A stretch of DNA of 64,000 nt, from contig OZ242214.1 of the NCBI GenBank assembly GCA_965206595.1, positions 1,472,001 through 1,536,000 on the forward strand, in the 5' to 3' direction. The translations under genes and the position numbers were made by a program. Source of the stretch: Candidatus Latescibacterota bacterium. Its GTDB lineage: Bacteria > Latescibacterota > UBA2968 > UBA8231. Under the pieces are notes generated by a model that saw only the letters and a program-made list of their open reading frames with translations, was not told the DNA's origin and did not search any database. This document shows positions 49,109 to 60,944 of this stretch, piece after piece. How positions within the stretch are numbered: the stretch's first letter is position 1; the number at the start of each line of letters is the position of its first letter.

Positions 49109-49279
49109 ATGAGCTTATCCCAAACCCGAAGCTTCTGAACGATAGAAGGCCGCCTGTGCTCTCCCAGGGCAGCCAACGAGGGGCGAGGGGGGATACAGAT
49201 GGCTTTGGTTTTGACTTTTAAGATGAATGGAATCAGTTGCTGCGGGAACACTCTAAGACTCGAACTAATCCGGTAGAAA

Positions 49280-49651
49280 TTGCCGACCATAAACCAACTG
49301 GTCCGTAAGGGCCGCAAGAAACTGTCGAAGCGTCGAGATGCCCCGGCCCTGCAGGGGTGTCCACAGCGGCGTGGCGTTTGCACGCGCGTTTACACGACGA
49401 CTCCGAAGAAGCCGAACTCGGCACTGAGAAAAATGGCACGCGTTCGGCTTACTACGGGACAGGAAGTGGCCGCCTACATCCCGGGTGAGGGAAATAATCT
49501 CCAGGAGCACTCGATCGTTCTGGTTCGTGGGGGCAGGGTCAAGGATGTTCCGGGTGTCCGCTACCACATAATTCGCGGAGTTCTCGACACGAGTGGGGTG
49601 TCGGAGCGCAAGCAGGGTCGCTCGAAATACGGAGCGAGGAAGGAATCCTGA
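49280..49651 (+). CDS. rpsL: 30S ribosomal protein uS12
   Basis: [11 protein letters not shown] and [10 protein letters not shown] motifs; TTG start. Confidence 0.98.
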   Translation: MPTINQLVRKGRKKLSKRRDAPALQGCPQRRGVCTRVYTTTPKKPNSALRKMARVRLTTGQEVAAYIPGEGNNLQEHSIVLVRGGRVKDVPGVRYHIIRGVLDTSGVSERKQGRSKYGARKES

Positions 49652-50121
49652 TGTCGCGCAGGCGCAGGGCCGTCAAACGCCAAAAACTTCCGGATCCCAA
49701 ATACAACAGTGTGTTGACGACCCGGTTCATCAACTGTCTCATGACGAGGGGCAAGAAGAGCGTGGCGGAGCGCATCTTCTATCATGCCGTGGAGATGGTG
49801 ACCCGGAGATCGGATCAGCAGGGGATCGACGTGTTCATGAAGGCAGTGGAAAACTGCAAGCCAATGGTCATCACCAAATCCCGGCGTGTGGGATCGCAGA
49901 CCTACCAGGTGCCCCTTGAGGTCCGTCCTGAGGAACGCACCACGCGCGCGATTAAGTGGCTCATACGGTACGCCCGCGAGCGCTCCGAACGGACAATGGC
50001 CGACCGGCTTGCCAACGAGCTTCTCGCCGCTTCCAAAGGGGAAGGGGGGGCGGTGCGTGCCCGTGATGACGTTCACCGAATGGCCGAAGCCAACAAGGCT
50101 TTCGCTCACTACCGATTCTAA
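49651..50121 (+). CDS. rpsG: 30S ribosomal protein uS7
   Basis: SRRVGSQTYQVP and HRMAEANKAFAHY motifs. Confidence 0.98.
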   Translation: MSRRRRAVKRQKLPDPKYNSVLTTRFINCLMTRGKKSVAERIFYHAVEMVTRRSDQQGIDVFMKAVENCKPMVITKSRRVGSQTYQVPLEVRPEERTTRAIKWLIRYARERSERTMADRLANELLAASKGEGGAVRARDDVHRMAEANKAFAHYRF

Positions 50122-50142
50122 GACGTTTCACTAGGCGATTTC

Positions 50143-52221
50143 ATGGCACGCAATTTTACCATAGAAGCTACCCGGAACATTGGCATCGCCGCCCATATCG
50201 ATGCGGGCAAGACGACTACGACCGAACGGATCTTGTATTACGCCGGGCGCCTGCATCGCATGGGGGAAGTCCATGACGGCACCACGGCCATGGACTGGAT
50301 GGATCAAGAGCGCGAACGCGGCATAACGATCACCTCGGCTGCTACGGCCTGCGAGTGGAAGGGTCATCAGATAAACATCATTGACACCCCCGGACACGTC
50401 GATTTCACCGCCGAAGTCGAACGTTCTCTTCGGGTGCTCGATGGTTCAATCGGAGTCTTTTGCGCCGTCGGTGGAGTCGAACCGCAGTCCGAGACGGTCT
50501 GGCGACAGGCCGACCGCTACCGAGTGCCCCGTATTGCATTTGTCAATAAAATGGATCGAAATGGGGCGGATTTTTTGCGCGTCCTCGAAATGCTACACGA
50601 CCGGCTCGGCAGCAATTTCGTCCCGATTCAGCTCCCGATCGGTTCCGGCGAAACTTATACCGGATTGATCGACCTGATCGATATGAAGGCGACGACCTAC
50701 GAAGAGATGTCGCTGGGTGCGAAATTTCACGAAGGGGAGATCCCTGACGATCTGCTGCCTCAGGCGCTCGAGTATCGCGAGAAAATGCTCGAGTCAGTGG
50801 CCGAGTTCGACGATCACCTGCTCGAGAAGTTTCTCGAAGGGCAGGAGATCGCGCGTAGCGAACTCGTCTCGGCGCTGAGAAAGGCGACGATTTCGCTGAA
50901 GGCGGTGCCGGTGGTTTGTGGAAGTGCCTTCCGCTACAAGGGAGTGCAGAAACTGATCGATGCGGTGGTGGATCTGCTGCCGTCCCCGGTTGACGTGCCG
51001 CCGGTTTCCGGTGCAGTGCCGCACGGGGAAGAGGTCGTGCAGCGCGTCGCCGCCGATTGTGAGCCTTTCGCCGGCTTGGCATTCAAAATAATGACTGATC
51101 CCTTTGTCGGCAGATTGTCCTTCGTCCGGGTTTATTCCGGGACCTTGGAGGCTGGGTCGTACATATACAATCCTGGGACTGGCAAACGCGAGCGCGTCTC
51201 ACGCCTTCTCGAGATGCACGCCAACGACCGCACCGAGCGCAAGGCTGTGCACGCCGGCGACATAGTCGCCGTTGTAGGTTTGAAGGACACCACCACCGGC
51301 GATACGCTTTGCGATGAAAGTCACCCCCTGCTGCTCGAGAAGATCGAATTCGCGAAGCCGGTCTTGCACGTAGCGGTTGAACCGAAAACCCGCGCCGATC
51401 AGGAGCAGTTGTTCGCTGCCCTTACTAAGCTCAGCGACGAAGACCCGACCTTCGTCGTACGCATCGATGAAGAGACCGGGCAGACCGTCATTTCAGGGAT
51501 GGGGGAATTGCACCTCGAGGTTCTGCTCGATCGCCTTTCGAGGGAGTTCAGAGTAACGGCGAAAGTTGGCAAGCCGCAGGTTGCGTATAAAGAAGGTTTG
51601 GGGCGGGGGGTGCGGGCTACCGGCCGATTCGTGCGCCAAACGGGTGGTCGCGGCCAGTATGGTCACGTTGAAATCGAAATAGAACCGGGGGACCCGGGAA
51701 GCGGCATGGTTTTCGAATCGAAGATTACAGGCGGCGCCATTCCGCGCGAATACATCTCCTCGGTTCAGCAGGGAATTCAGGAGGCCATGACGAGCGGTCC
51801 GATTGCGGGTTATCCCGTTGAAGACGCTAAGGTCATCTTGCTCGACGGCTCCTACCACGAGGTCGACTCTTCCGAAATGGCCTTCAAGGTGGCCGGTTCG
51901 ATGGCCTTCAGGGACGGGACGAAGAGGGCGAAGCCATTTTTGATGGAACCTGTCATGGACCTTGAGGTCGTCGCCCCGGAGCAGTATCTCGGCGAAGTGA
52001 TTGGCGACCTGACTTCCCATCGTGGCGAAATCCAGGGTGTCAACACGCGGTCCGATGCCCAGGTTGTCGTTTCGCGAATCCCCCTGTCGGAGACTTTCGG
52101 TTACGCGACGCGCCTGAGATCGCTTACGCAGGGGCGAGCGGTTTTCAGCATGCAGTTCGCAAAATATGAGCGGGTTCCGGCCCAGATCAGCGAGGAAATC
52201 GTAGAATCTTCGGGTCGATGA
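50143..52221 (+). CDS. fusA: Elongation factor G
   Basis: [14 protein letters not shown] and DTPGHVDF motifs. Confidence 0.99.
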   Translation: MARNFTIEATRNIGIAAHIDAGKTTTTERILYYAGRLHRMGEVHDGTTAMDWMDQERERGITITSAATACEWKGHQINIIDTPGHVDFTAEVERSLRVLDGSIGVFCAVGGVEPQSETVWRQADRYRVPRIAFVNKMDRNGADFLRVLEMLHDRLGSNFVPIQLPIGSGETYTGLIDLIDMKATTYEEMSLGAKFHEGEIPDDLLPQALEYREKMLESVAEFDDHLLEKFLEGQEIARSELVSALRKATISLKAVPVVCGSAFRYKGVQKLIDAVVDLLPSPVDVPPVSGAVPHGEEVVQRVAADCEPFAGLAFKIMTDPFVGRLSFVRVYSGTLEAGSYIYNPGTGKRERVSRLLEMHANDRTERKAVHAGDIVAVVGLKDTTTGDTLCDESHPLLLEKIEFAKPVLHVAVEPKTRADQEQLFAALTKLSDEDPTFVVRIDEETGQTVISGMGELHLEVLLDRLSREFRVTAKVGKPQVAYKEGLGRGVRATGRFVRQTGGRGQYGHVEIEIEPGDPGSGMVFESKITGGAIPREYISSVQQGIQEAMTSGPIAGYPVEDAKVILLDGSYHEVDSSEMAFKVAGSMAFRDGTKRAKPFLMEPVMDLEVVAPEQYLGEVIGDLTSHRGEIQGVNTRSDAQVVVSRIPLSETFGYATRLRSLTQGRAVFSMQFAKYERVPAQISEEIVESSGR

Positions 52222-52278
52222 TTGGGCTCCGCTTCTACACTGATTCGCAATAGACAGACAAGGAGATCTAAGGACGAC

Positions 52279-53472
52279 ATGGCGAAGGAACAATTCGAAC
52301 GAACGAAACCCCACTTGAACATCGGCACTATCGGGCATGTCGATCACGGAAAAACCACCCTGACCGCGGCGATCACCCTGAATTTGGCCGCCAAGGGCTT
52401 CGCCGAGGCAAGGTCGGTTGACGACATCGACAACGCTCCAGAAGAGAAGGCGCGAGGCGTTACGATCAACGTTTCCCATCAGGAGTATGAAACGGAATCC
52501 CGACATTACGCCCACGTAGACTGTCCCGGACACGCCGACTATATCAAGAACATGATCACCGGCGCCGCCCAAATGGATGGCGCGATTCTCGTTGTCAGCG
52601 CCGCCGATGGACCTATGATTCAGACCCGGGAGCACATCCTGCTTGCCCGCCAAGTCAATGTTCCGCGGATCGTCGTCTACATGAACAAGGTGGACATGGT
52701 GGACGATCCCGAGCTTCTGGATCTCGTAGAACTGGAGACGCGCGAACTGCTGTCCGAATACGATTTTCCAGGTGATGACCTTCCCATCGTTCGTGGATCT
52801 GCCCTGAAAGCGGTAGAAGGGGAGAACAGCGAGATGGGCATGGGGTCAATCGAGGAATTGATGCAACACGTCGACGAGTACATCCCGATGCCGGAAAGGC
52901 CCGTCGACCAGCCTTTCCTGATGCCGGTCGAAGATGTATTCAGCATCACCGGGCGTGGGACTGTCGGGACCGGCCGCATCGAGCGCGGTCGGGTCAAGAC
53001 TGGAGAGGATGTCGAAATCGTCGGCATCAAGGAGACCCGTAAGACGGTGTGTACCGGCGTCGAGATGTTCCGAAAAATCCTCAATGAAGGAGAAGCGGGC
53101 GACAACGTCGGGTTGCTTCTGCGCGGCGTCCAAAAGGAAGAACTGTTCCGCGGAATGGTGCTCTGCCAGCCCGGTAGCATAACTCCGCACACCAAGTTCA
53201 AGGCCGAGGTGTACGTGCTGACGACGAAGGAAGGCGGTCGGGACAAGCCCTTCTTCACGGGGTACCGGCCGCAGTTTTATTTCCGCACGACCGATGTTAC
53301 GGGGGCGATCATCCTACCGGAAGGAACGGAGATGGTCATGCCCGGCGACAACGTCACGATGGATGTCGACTTGACGCCCGTTCCGATCGCGATCGAAGAG
53401 CAGTTGCGCTTTGCGATCCGTGAGGGAGGCCGCACAATCGGGTCCGGCGTCGTGGTCAGCATTGCGGAATAG
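52279..53472 (+). CDS. tuf: Elongation factor Tu
   Basis: [21 protein letters not shown] and DCPGHADY motifs. Confidence 0.99.
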   Translation: MAKEQFERTKPHLNIGTIGHVDHGKTTLTAAITLNLAAKGFAEARSVDDIDNAPEEKARGVTINVSHQEYETESRHYAHVDCPGHADYIKNMITGAAQMDGAILVVSAADGPMIQTREHILLARQVNVPRIVVYMNKVDMVDDPELLDLVELETRELLSEYDFPGDDLPIVRGSALKAVEGENSEMGMGSIEELMQHVDEYIPMPERPVDQPFLMPVEDVFSITGRGTVGTGRIERGRVKTGEDVEIVGIKETRKTVCTGVEMFRKILNEGEAGDNVGLLLRGVQKEELFRGMVLCQPGSITPHTKFKAEVYVLTTKEGGRDKPFFTGYRPQFYFRTTDVTGAIILPEGTEMVMPGDNVTMDVDLTPVPIAIEEQLRFAIREGGRTIGSGVVVSIAE

Positions 53473-53499
53473 AGAAGCTGGGATAAGCGAGGGTCCACC

Positions 53500-53808
53500 G
53501 TGGCTGTAGATCGAATACGCATACGATTGAAGGCATACGACCATGCCGCCTTGGACAGGTCTGTCGACGAAATCGTTCAGACCGTCCGGCGAAGCGGGGC
53601 GCGAATCGCTGGCCCGGTACCGTTGCCTACCGATAGGACTGTTTACACCGTGCTGCGCGGGCCGCACGTCGACAAGAAATCGCGCGAGCAGTTCGAGACC
53701 CGTATTCACAAACGCCTCATAGACATCTACGATTCCACGCCGCAAACCGTCGATTCTCTGATGAAGCTCGATCTTCCTGCCGGAATCGGCATCGATATCA
53801 AGGTCTGA
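53500..53808 (+). CDS. rpsJ: 30S ribosomal protein uS10
   Basis: [10 protein letters not shown] and GPVPLPT motifs. Confidence 0.98.
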   Translation: MAVDRIRIRLKAYDHAALDRSVDEIVQTVRRSGARIAGPVPLPTDRTVYTVLRGPHVDKKSREQFETRIHKRLIDIYDSTPQTVDSLMKLDLPAGIGIDIKV

Positions 53809-53821
53809 GGGCAGGTTCGCC

Positions 53822-54457
53822 GTGGGCACAAGTGCTGAAATTGTGAATATCGAGGGAGAAACAGTCGGTGCCGTCCAACTTCCTGAATACCTTTTTGGTG
53901 CCGAGGTCAATGAGTACGCAGTCTACAGCGCGGTCGTCGCCTACGAAACCCACCAACGGCAAGGCACTGCCTCCACGAAAACCCGTTCGGAAGTCAAGTG
54001 CACCGGCCGCAAGCACCACCGCCAAAAAGGCACCGGTCAGGCTCGGCGCGGGACGGCCGCCACCAATTTGCTCCGGGGCGGGGGTGTTGCGTTCGGTCCT
54101 AGGCCCCGAGCCTACTCGTCGAAACTCACCAAACAGCTGAAGAAGAAAGCGCTTTTTTCCGCCTTGTCGCTGAAAGGCCGGCGTGGGCGGGTTAAAGTCG
54201 TTCAGGATTTCGAGTTTCCCGAGCCGAGCACCAAGTCTTTTGCCGGCGTGCTTGGAGCGATCGGTCTCAAGGGAGAGAAGGTGCTTTTTGTGACACCTCA
54301 CAGCCAGACGACAATGGTCAAATCCTGCCGCAATATTCCAGGTGTGGAAATAAGGCCTGTAAACAGTGTCTCGACCTACGACGTGGTTTCGGCCGATACA
54401 GTGTTGCTGACAGAAGGGGCGGTAGACGCACTTGCCGGGATTCACTCAGGTAAATGA
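53822..54457 (+). CDS. rplD: 50S ribosomal protein uL4
   Basis: RQGTASTKTRSEV, RQKGTG and GGGVAFGPRPR motifs. Confidence 0.97.
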   Translation: MGTSAEIVNIEGETVGAVQLPEYLFGAEVNEYAVYSAVVAYETHQRQGTASTKTRSEVKCTGRKHHRQKGTGQARRGTAATNLLRGGGVAFGPRPRAYSSKLTKQLKKKALFSALSLKGRRGRVKVVQDFEFPEPSTKSFAGVLGAIGLKGEKVLFVTPHSQTTMVKSCRNIPGVEIRPVNSVSTYDVVSADTVLLTEGAVDALAGIHSGK

Positions 54458-54741
54458 AAAATCCACGCACCGTATTGCACGCCCCCGTCGTCACCGAAAA
54501 GGCGACAAATCTACGCGATCGAAACACCTACACTTTCAAGGTGGATCGACGGGCCAACAAGATCCAGATCCGGCACGCGGTCCAATCGATCTTCGATGTC
54601 AGGGTCCAATCGGTCAGGGTCCTGAACGTGCGTCGAAAACCGAAACGGCAAGGGATGTTCGCAGGTTCCACGAGTGCGTGGAAAAAAGCCTACATCACCT
54701 TGCACGCCGGTGACGCCATCGAAATTCTTGAGGCCGTATAG
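54454..54741 (+). CDS. rplW: 50S ribosomal protein uL23
   Basis: PVVTEKA and WKKAYITL motifs. Confidence 0.97.
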   Translation: MKNPRTVLHAPVVTEKATNLRDRNTYTFKVDRRANKIQIRHAVQSIFDVRVQSVRVLNVRRKPKRQGMFAGSTSAWKKAYITLHAGDAIEILEAV

Positions 54742-55571
54742 TGGCTGTTAAGAGATTCAGGCCGATCACACCGACGCAGCGCTTCAAAACGGTCAATTCC
54801 TTTGATGAAGTAACGGCTTCATCTCCCGAAAAGAGCCTGACTGCCGCACTGTCAAAATGCGGTGGGCGCAACAACCGAGGCCGCATCACAATGCGCCGCC
54901 GCGGAGGCGGTCACAAACGCCGCTACCGGATTGTCGATTTCAAGCGCGACAAAGACCGGGTGGAAGGGAAGGTGGCGACCATTGAATACGATCCGAACCG
55001 TTCGGCATTCATTGCATTGATCTTCTACCGGGACGGGGAAAAGCGTTACATCCTCGCCCCTCGGGAACTGAAGGTAGGCAGCATCGTGAGTTCAGGACCG
55101 GAGGCTTCGATCGCCGTTGGGAACGCATTGCCTTTGTCGAGGATCCCCGTTGGATCGACGGTTCACAATATTGAGCTGAACCCCGGGCAGGGCGCTCGTC
55201 TGGCTCGCAGTGCCGGGGTCGGAGTTCAGCTCATGACAAGGGACGAACGCCGGGCGCAGTTGAGAATGCCTTCCGGGGAGATTCGGGAAGTTCCGGTGGA
55301 GTGCCGTGCTACGTTGGGTCAAATAGGCAATGCGGATCACCGCAACGTGGTTCTCGGCAAGGCAGGCAGGTCGCGCTGGCTCGGCAGGCGACCGAAGGTC
55401 CGAGGGGTGGTGATGAATCCGGTTGATCATCCGCATGGTGGGGGCGAGGGAAGGTCATCGGGAGGGAGGCATCCCGTGACCCCATGGGGTAAGCCTACCA
55501 AGGGACGCAAGACTCGCCGCAGGGGCAAGAAGTCGGACGCCTGGATAGTCCGGCGGCGACGAGTCAAGTAG
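54741..55571 (+). CDS. rplB: 50S ribosomal protein uL2
   Basis: [17 protein letters not shown] motif. Confidence 0.99.
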   Translation: MAVKRFRPITPTQRFKTVNSFDEVTASSPEKSLTAALSKCGGRNNRGRITMRRRGGGHKRRYRIVDFKRDKDRVEGKVATIEYDPNRSAFIALIFYRDGEKRYILAPRELKVGSIVSSGPEASIAVGNALPLSRIPVGSTVHNIELNPGQGARLARSAGVGVQLMTRDERRAQLRMPSGEIREVPVECRATLGQIGNADHRNVVLGKAGRSRWLGRRPKVRGVVMNPVDHPHGGGEGRSSGGRHPVTPWGKPTKGRKTRRRGKKSDAWIVRRRRVK

Positions 55572-55592
55572 GCAACCGGGTAGAGAACGCAT

Positions 55593-55880
55593 ATGGGTAG
55601 ATCTGTGAAAAAGGGTCCGTTTGTCGACGACAAGCTGGCTTCCAGGATCGAAAACCTGAACAGAACGGGGGAGAAAAAGGTGCTGCAGACTTGGTCCAGG
55701 CGATCTACCATAACGCCTGATTTTCTCGGGCATACGCTCGCCGTTCACAATGGCAACAAGTTCATCCCCGTCTACATCACCGAGAATATGGTCGGCCACA
55801 AGCTCGGGGAGTTCGCGCCGACCCGAACCTTTCGCGGCCACGGTGGCCGGGCAACCGAGCGCACCACGGGAGTCCGCTGA
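55593..55880 (+). CDS. rpsS: 30S ribosomal protein uS19
   Basis: [10 protein letters not shown] and [11 protein letters not shown] motifs. Confidence 0.98.
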   Translation: MGRSVKKGPFVDDKLASRIENLNRTGEKKVLQTWSRRSTITPDFLGHTLAVHNGNKFIPVYITENMVGHKLGEFAPTRTFRGHGGRATERTTGVR

Positions 55881-55887
55881 AATTCCA

Positions 55888-56277
55888 ATGCGAGCGAGAG
55901 CAGTTGCCAGACAGGTCGGTGTTCCGGCCACCAAGGTGCGTCAGGTTATCGATCTGATCCGCAGCAGGCCTGTGGAAGAAGCGCTTACCATCCTTCGGTT
56001 TTCGAATAGAGCGGTGGCGAAAACCGTCGAAAAGACTCTGCGCTCGGCCATTGCCAATGCCATCAATCAGGACGAAGAGAACCCGGTCGACGCCGACGAC
56101 TTGGTCGTCGGATCGATTTTCGCCGACGAAGGGCGAGATTTGAAGCGGATCAGACCGCGCGCCCGCGGCGCCGCCCATCGGATCCGCAAACGCCACAGCC
56201 ATATCACCGTCATCGTAACCGACGAGACTGGTCCGGCGGCCAATCATGCGAACGTGAAAAAACAAGGGCAGGAGTAG
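55888..56277 (+). CDS. rplV: 50S ribosomal protein uL22
   Basis: LRSAIANA and [19 protein letters not shown] motifs; ATG at 55888. Confidence 0.96.
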   Translation: MRARAVARQVGVPATKVRQVIDLIRSRPVEEALTILRFSNRAVAKTVEKTLRSAIANAINQDEENPVDADDLVVGSIFADEGRDLKRIRPRARGAAHRIRKRHSHITVIVTDETGPAANHANVKKQGQE

Positions 56278-56948
56278 TGGGTCAGAAAACACATCCATAC
56301 GGATTCAGGCTGGGCATCATTAAGGGATGGCGCTCCAACTGGTTTACCGACAAGGAATACCCGGAACTCCTCAAGGAGGATTTGATGCTGCGTCGGTACA
56401 TCCAACAGCGCCTGCAAAGGGCCGGTGTCTCCCGTATCAACATCGAACGCCGTCCCAAGAGAGTGACAATCGAAGTATTCACCGCGCGTCCGGGGATCGC
56501 CATCGGCCGACGGGGTGCCGAAGTCGACAAGCTGAGGGACGAGTTGAAGCAGCTGACCGCCAAGGACGTGTCGCTGAATATTCAGGAAGTGAAGAAACCG
56601 GAACTGGACGCCCAACTGGTCGCGGACAACCTCGCACGTCAGCTGGAGCAGAGAGTCGCCTTTCGTCGCGCAATCAAGAAGTCGGTTGCATCGTCGATGC
56701 GCATGGGTGCCGAAGGAATCCGCATTGTCTGCTCAGGTCGCATCGGCGGGGCCGAGATGTCTAGGCGCGAGCGTTCCGAGCCCGCGGGGAGGGTTCCTCT
56801 GCACACGCTCCGCGCCGACATCGACTACGCCACCGCGACTGCTTTCACGATATCGGGGACGGTAGGGGTGAAGGTCTGGATTTGCCATGGAGAGGTCGTC
56901 GAGGAGGACGGAATGACGACTGACGGCATCGGACAAAGACAGGGATAA
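56277..56948 (+). CDS. rpsC: 30S ribosomal protein uS3
   Basis: [12 protein letters not shown] and [14 protein letters not shown] motifs. Confidence 0.98.
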   Translation: MGQKTHPYGFRLGIIKGWRSNWFTDKEYPELLKEDLMLRRYIQQRLQRAGVSRINIERRPKRVTIEVFTARPGIAIGRRGAEVDKLRDELKQLTAKDVSLNIQEVKKPELDAQLVADNLARQLEQRVAFRRAIKKSVASSMRMGAEGIRIVCSGRIGGAEMSRRERSEPAGRVPLHTLRADIDYATATAFTISGTVGVKVWICHGEVVEEDGMTTDGIGQRQG

Positions 56949-56959
56949 GTGTACAACCC

Positions 56960-57376
56960 ATGTTGATGCCGAAAAAAACCGAATGGCGAAAGCAGAGTCG
57001 TGGCCGCATGAGAGGGCAGAGCAAGGGGGGCGCCATGGTCTCCTTCGGCGAGTTTGGACTCAAGGCGCTGGAGCCGGGATGGATCAGCAACCGGCAGATC
57101 GAGGCGGCTCGGATCGCGATCAGCCGGGCAATGAGTCGAACCGGAAAGATGTGGATTCGCGTTTTCCCCGATAAACCGATTTCCAAGAAACCGGCTGAAA
57201 CGAGAATGGGAAAGGGAAAGGGGGCTCCCGAGGGTTGGGTGGCGGTTGTAAAACCTGGACGCATCATGTTTGAACTGTCAGGTGTTCCCCTGGAGATGGC
57301 CAAGGAAGCCTTGCGGAAAGCGGGCAACAAGCTGCCCATCAGGACAAAATTCGTCGAGCGGACGGGCGGCGTTTGA
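56960..57376 (+). CDS. rplP: 50S ribosomal protein uL16
   Basis: [13 protein letters not shown] motif. Confidence 0.98.
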   Translation: MLMPKKTEWRKQSRGRMRGQSKGGAMVSFGEFGLKALEPGWISNRQIEAARIAISRAMSRTGKMWIRVFPDKPISKKPAETRMGKGKGAPEGWVAVVKPGRIMFELSGVPLEMAKEALRKAGNKLPIRTKFVERTGGV

Positions 57377-57606
57377 AAGCGATCGAACTGAGAGAGCAGA
57401 GTGTCGGAGAATTGACCCGGCGCTTGGATGAGCTGACCGAGGAGCGATTCAACCTGAGGTTTCAGCACGCCCTTGGTCAGTTGAGCAGTCCGATCAGGCT
57501 GCGGGAGGTGCGGCGTGAACTCGCAATGGTGCGCACCGTACTGCGCGAGCATCACCTCGGCATCCGCGTGCTACCCTCGGGTTCGGACGAAAATGCGGGT
57601 AGTTAA
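57373..57606 (+). CDS. rpmC: 50S ribosomal protein uL29
   Basis: [27 protein letters not shown] motif. Confidence 0.95.
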   Translation: MKAIELREQSVGELTRRLDELTEERFNLRFQHALGQLSSPIRLREVRRELAMVRTVLREHHLGIRVLPSGSDENAGS

Positions 57607-57651
57607 TAGATCATTGCAACGTAGCGGCGGTAGCCGCTCTGTGAGAGACGA

Positions 57652-57924
57652 ATGAGAGAAGCAGCTGACAGAGGCGGTCGAATCTTTGAAGGCACCATCG
57701 TGCGGGCTCGGAATGGCAAGACGCGCATCGTTGAGATCGATCAACGTTTGGCAAACAGACTGTATGGACGTCGAATAAAGCGGATTGCCAAATTCGTTGC
57801 CCACGACGAAACAAACCAATCCGAAGTCGGCGACGTGGTGCGCATTCGTGAAACCCGACCTTTGAGTCGCACGAAGCGATGGAGGCTGATCGGGATTGTA
57901 AAAAAAGCACAGGCCGGGAAATGA
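57652..57924 (+). CDS. rpsQ: 30S ribosomal protein uS17 (divergent)
   Basis: [24 protein letters not shown] motif; conserved position. Confidence 0.93.
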   Translation: MREAADRGGRIFEGTIVRARNGKTRIVEIDQRLANRLYGRRIKRIAKFVAHDETNQSEVGDVVRIRETRPLSRTKRWRLIGIVKKAQAGK

Positions 57925-57949
57925 GAGGACTGAAGCGGTCGACCGTCTA

Positions 57950-58318
57950 ATGGTGAGAGAATACTCTGTCCTCAGGATGGCCGACAACGCCGGGGCGCGA
58001 CGGGGCATGTGCATCCGCGTCCTCGGCGGTTCGAGGAAGCGTTACGCTGGTGTTGGTGACATGGTTGTCGTGGCAGTGCACGACGTGACTCCGAACGGTC
58101 CTCTCAAGGAAGGGGAGGTCTGTCGGGCCGTAATCGTGCGCACGAAGAAGGAGTTTCGTCGGCCAGACGGCTCCTACATCCGCTTCGATGACAATGCCGC
58201 TGTCCTTCTCGACACAAACAACGAACCGCGTGGAACTCGCATTTTTGGTCCAGTGGCCCGCGAGCTGAGAAACCGCCAATTCATGCGCATCGTCTCCCTG
58301 GCTCCTGAAGTGGTGTAG
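57950..58318 (+). CDS. rplN: 50S ribosomal protein uL14
   Basis: [16 protein letters not shown] and [12 protein letters not shown] motifs. Confidence 0.98.
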   Translation: MVREYSVLRMADNAGARRGMCIRVLGGSRKRYAGVGDMVVVAVHDVTPNGPLKEGEVCRAVIVRTKKEFRRPDGSYIRFDDNAAVLLDTNNEPRGTRIFGPVARELRNRQFMRIVSLAPEVV

Positions 58319-58474
58319 ATAGTCCTATGCCGGTTATCGGAAATTACCAGCGAATCGCGGCCGATTACTGCGCATCTCGGCAGTACCCTCTTCCGCCGTG
58401 CCCTGTCCGGACATTGCGTTCCGAACGGATGCCGCCGGATATCTCCGCGACCTGAAACTAGCGAGGGCGCTGAC

Positions 58475-58792
58475 ATGTACTTCCGACAGGGAGATACGGT
58501 AGAAGTCATCAGTGGCAACGAGAAGGGAAAGAGAGGCAGGGTGCTTAGGATCTTCCGCCAGACAGATCGTCTGATCGTCGAAGGCATACGCATGATGAAG
58601 AAACACACCAAACCGACGCAGCGGGACCCGCAAGGGGGAATCGTGGAGCGCGAAGCGTCAATCCATGCTTCGAGTCTCATGATTGTCTGTCCTCAGACGA
58701 ACCGGCCGACGCGCATAAGGAAGCGGCGTCTGGAAGACGGTCGCAGCATGCGGGTATCGGTGCGTAGCGGCGAAATGATCGACTCGGAATGA
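58475..58792 (+). CDS. rplX: 50S ribosomal protein uL24
   Basis: [16 protein letters not shown] (KOW) and [13 protein letters not shown] motifs. Confidence 0.96.
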   Translation: MYFRQGDTVEVISGNEKGKRGRVLRIFRQTDRLIVEGIRMMKKHTKPTQRDPQGGIVEREASIHASSLMIVCPQTNRPTRIRKRRLEDGRSMRVSVRSGEMIDSE

Positions 58793-59337
58793 CGCGGATG
58801 TCCAGGCTGAAAGAGGATTACCGAAAGCGCATTGTCCCGGCCATGCGCGAAAAGTTCGAATACAACAATGTCAACCAAGTACCGAAGCTGGAAAAAATCG
58901 TGGTTAACGCCGGCGTCGGCGAGGCTGCCCAGGAATCGAAGCTACTCGACAATGTGGTTGCAGAGCTCACGGCCATCACTGGCCAGCGGGCGACGATTCG
59001 CAGGGCGAGGAAAGCTATCTCCAACTTCAAACTGCGGAAGGGAATGCCCGTAGGGGCGATGGTCACCTTGCGTCGCGAAATCATGTACGAATTTCTCGAT
59101 CGACTGGTCAATTTCGCGCTGCCTCAGGTCAGGGACTTTCGCGGTCTGTCGAACCGCAGCTTCGACGGTCGCGGAAACTACACGCTCGGGATCAGAGAGC
59201 AGATCATTTTTCCCGAGATCGATTATGACGCGATCGATCGCATTCGCGGCATGGATATAACTATCGTCACCTCGGCCGCGACCGACGAAGAAGCCCTGGA
59301 GCTGTTGCGGCAGTTCGGGACACCGTTCACCAACTGA
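58789..59337 (+). CDS. rplE: 50S ribosomal protein uL5
   Basis: [20 protein letters not shown] motif. Confidence 0.98.
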   Translation: MTRMSRLKEDYRKRIVPAMREKFEYNNVNQVPKLEKIVVNAGVGEAAQESKLLDNVVAELTAITGQRATIRRARKAISNFKLRKGMPVGAMVTLRREIMYEFLDRLVNFALPQVRDFRGLSNRSFDGRGNYTLGIREQIIFPEIDYDAIDRIRGMDITIVTSAATDEEALELLRQFGTPFTN

Positions 59338-59363
59338 CCAGAACGCGAAGAAACGGATAGCGA

Positions 59364-59549
59364 ATGCCGAAGAAATGTCTCCTGATCAAGGCCGCCCGCG
59401 AACCGAAGTTCAAGGTGAGAAAGTACACTCGCTGCCAGCGCTGTGGCCGACCGCGGGCCGTTTATCGCAAGTTCGGATTGTGCCGGATCTGTTTCCGCGA
59501 GCTCGCCTTGCAGGGCGAGATCCCCGGTGTGACCAAGGCGAGCTGGTAG
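59364..59549 (+). CDS. rpsN: 30S ribosomal protein uS14 (Zn-binding type)
   Basis: [19 protein letters not shown] motif. Confidence 0.97.
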   Translation: MPKKCLLIKAAREPKFKVRKYTRCQRCGRPRAVYRKFGLCRICFRELALQGEIPGVTKASW

Positions 59550-59558
59550 GTTATTGCG

Positions 59559-59957
59559 ATGAGTATGAGCGATCCGATTGCCGATCTCCTGACGCGTATT
59601 CGAAACGCATGCCACGCAAAACACCCGCGTGTCGACATCCCCGCCTCGAAGTTCAAGAGGGAAATTGCCCGCGTTCTGGCGGAAGAGAGGTTTATCGACA
59701 ACTTCGCTTTCTACGAAGACGGGAAACAGGGCCAGCTGCGCCTTTACCTGCGCTACGGCGAAGACTCGGTCAGCATAATTCAGGGGTTGCGGAGAGTCAG
59801 CAAGCCGGGACTGAGACAGTACGCGACGAAAGGCAAAATCCCACGTGTGCGCAGGGGTTTGGGCATTTCGATTCTCTCGACGTCGCGCGGTGTAATGACC
59901 GACAGGGATGCGCGCAAAGCCGGGGTCGGCGGTGAGATTCTCTGCAGTGTCTGGTAG
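59559..59957 (+). CDS. rpsH: 30S ribosomal protein uS8
   Basis: DPIADLLTRIRNA and SKPGLRQY motifs. Confidence 0.98.
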   Translation: MSMSDPIADLLTRIRNACHAKHPRVDIPASKFKREIARVLAEERFIDNFAFYEDGKQGQLRLYLRYGEDSVSIIQGLRRVSKPGLRQYATKGKIPRVRRGLGISILSTSRGVMTDRDARKAGVGGEILCSVW

Positions 59958-59999
59958 CGCCGGGAAGGCAGGCCAAGTCGAAATCTGGAGAGCAGGAAG

Positions 60000-60557
60000 A
60001 TGTCTCGTGTAGGCAAACAACCAATCGAACTCCCACAGGGAGTCGAAGTCGCCGTGACGCCGCCGGAGGTCATAGTAAAAGGTCCAAAGGGGGAGCTCAA
60101 GGTCGGCTACAGAGCCGAGAGAATTACCGTCGAGGCCGGCGAGTCCGAAATCACTGTAACCAGGGACTCCGACGAGAAGGTGTCGAAGGCATTGCACGGA
60201 CTTACGCGTTCGCTGATCGCCAACGCCGTTGTCGGTGTGACCACCGGGTACCAGAAATTTCTCGACGTGCACGGCGTCGGTTTTCGCGCCGAGCAGCAGG
60301 GTAGGAAGCTGACTCTGCATATCGGTTACTCCCACACCGTGGAATACGAGGCCCCGGAAGGCGTCGAGGTCACTCCTGTCGATCCGGTTGGCGGCTCCCA
60401 AGCGAGAATCGCCGTCTCGGGAATAGACAAACAGAAGGTCGGCCAGGTGGCGTCCGAGATTCGCCAAAAGCGCAAGCCCGACCCCTACAAGGGCAAAGGC
60501 ATTCGCTACGAAGGGGAAGTCATCCACTGGAAGGCCGGCAAAGCCGGGGTCGTATAG
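60000..60557 (+). CDS. rplF: 50S ribosomal protein uL6
   Basis: MSRVGKQPI and PDPYKGKGIRY motifs. Confidence 0.98.
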   Translation: MSRVGKQPIELPQGVEVAVTPPEVIVKGPKGELKVGYRAERITVEAGESEITVTRDSDEKVSKALHGLTRSLIANAVVGVTTGYQKFLDVHGVGFRAEQQGRKLTLHIGYSHTVEYEAPEGVEVTPVDPVGGSQARIAVSGIDKQKVGQVASEIRQKRKPDPYKGKGIRYEGEVIHWKAGKAGVV

Positions 60558-60575
60558 GTCGGAGAATTTCCGAAG

Positions 60576-60944
60576 ATGAATGCGGGAAAGATTGCCAAGA
60601 AGAGAGCCGCACGAGCGCGTCGGCGCAGCCGGGGTCGCAAGACGGTCGTCGGAAGTCTGGAGCGCCCCCGCTTGGTGGTGCACCGGAGCCTGCGCAACAT
60701 TGAGGCCCAGATCATCGACGATCACACGGGACATTCCCTCGTAGGAGTATCGACGCTTTCTCGAGAATTCGAAAAAAATGGTGCCAAGCGGGTGGAGCAG
60801 GGTCGTGAACTTGGCAAGATTATCGCCCAAAAGGCAAAAGAGAAGGGCATCAACCGCGTGGTTTTCGACCGCGCAGGGTTTCTGTATCACGGCATTGTCA
60901 AGGCCGTCGCCGATGGTGCCCGCGAAGGCGGGTTGAGTTTCTGA
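60576..60944 (+). CDS. rplR: 50S ribosomal protein uL18
   Basis: RPRLVVHRS and VVFDRAGFLYHG motifs. Confidence 0.97.
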   Translation: MNAGKIAKKRAARARRRSRGRKTVVGSLERPRLVVHRSLRNIEAQIIDDHTGHSLVGVSTLSREFEKNGAKRVEQGRELGKIIAQKAKEKGINRVVFDRAGFLYHGIVKAVADGAREGGLSF

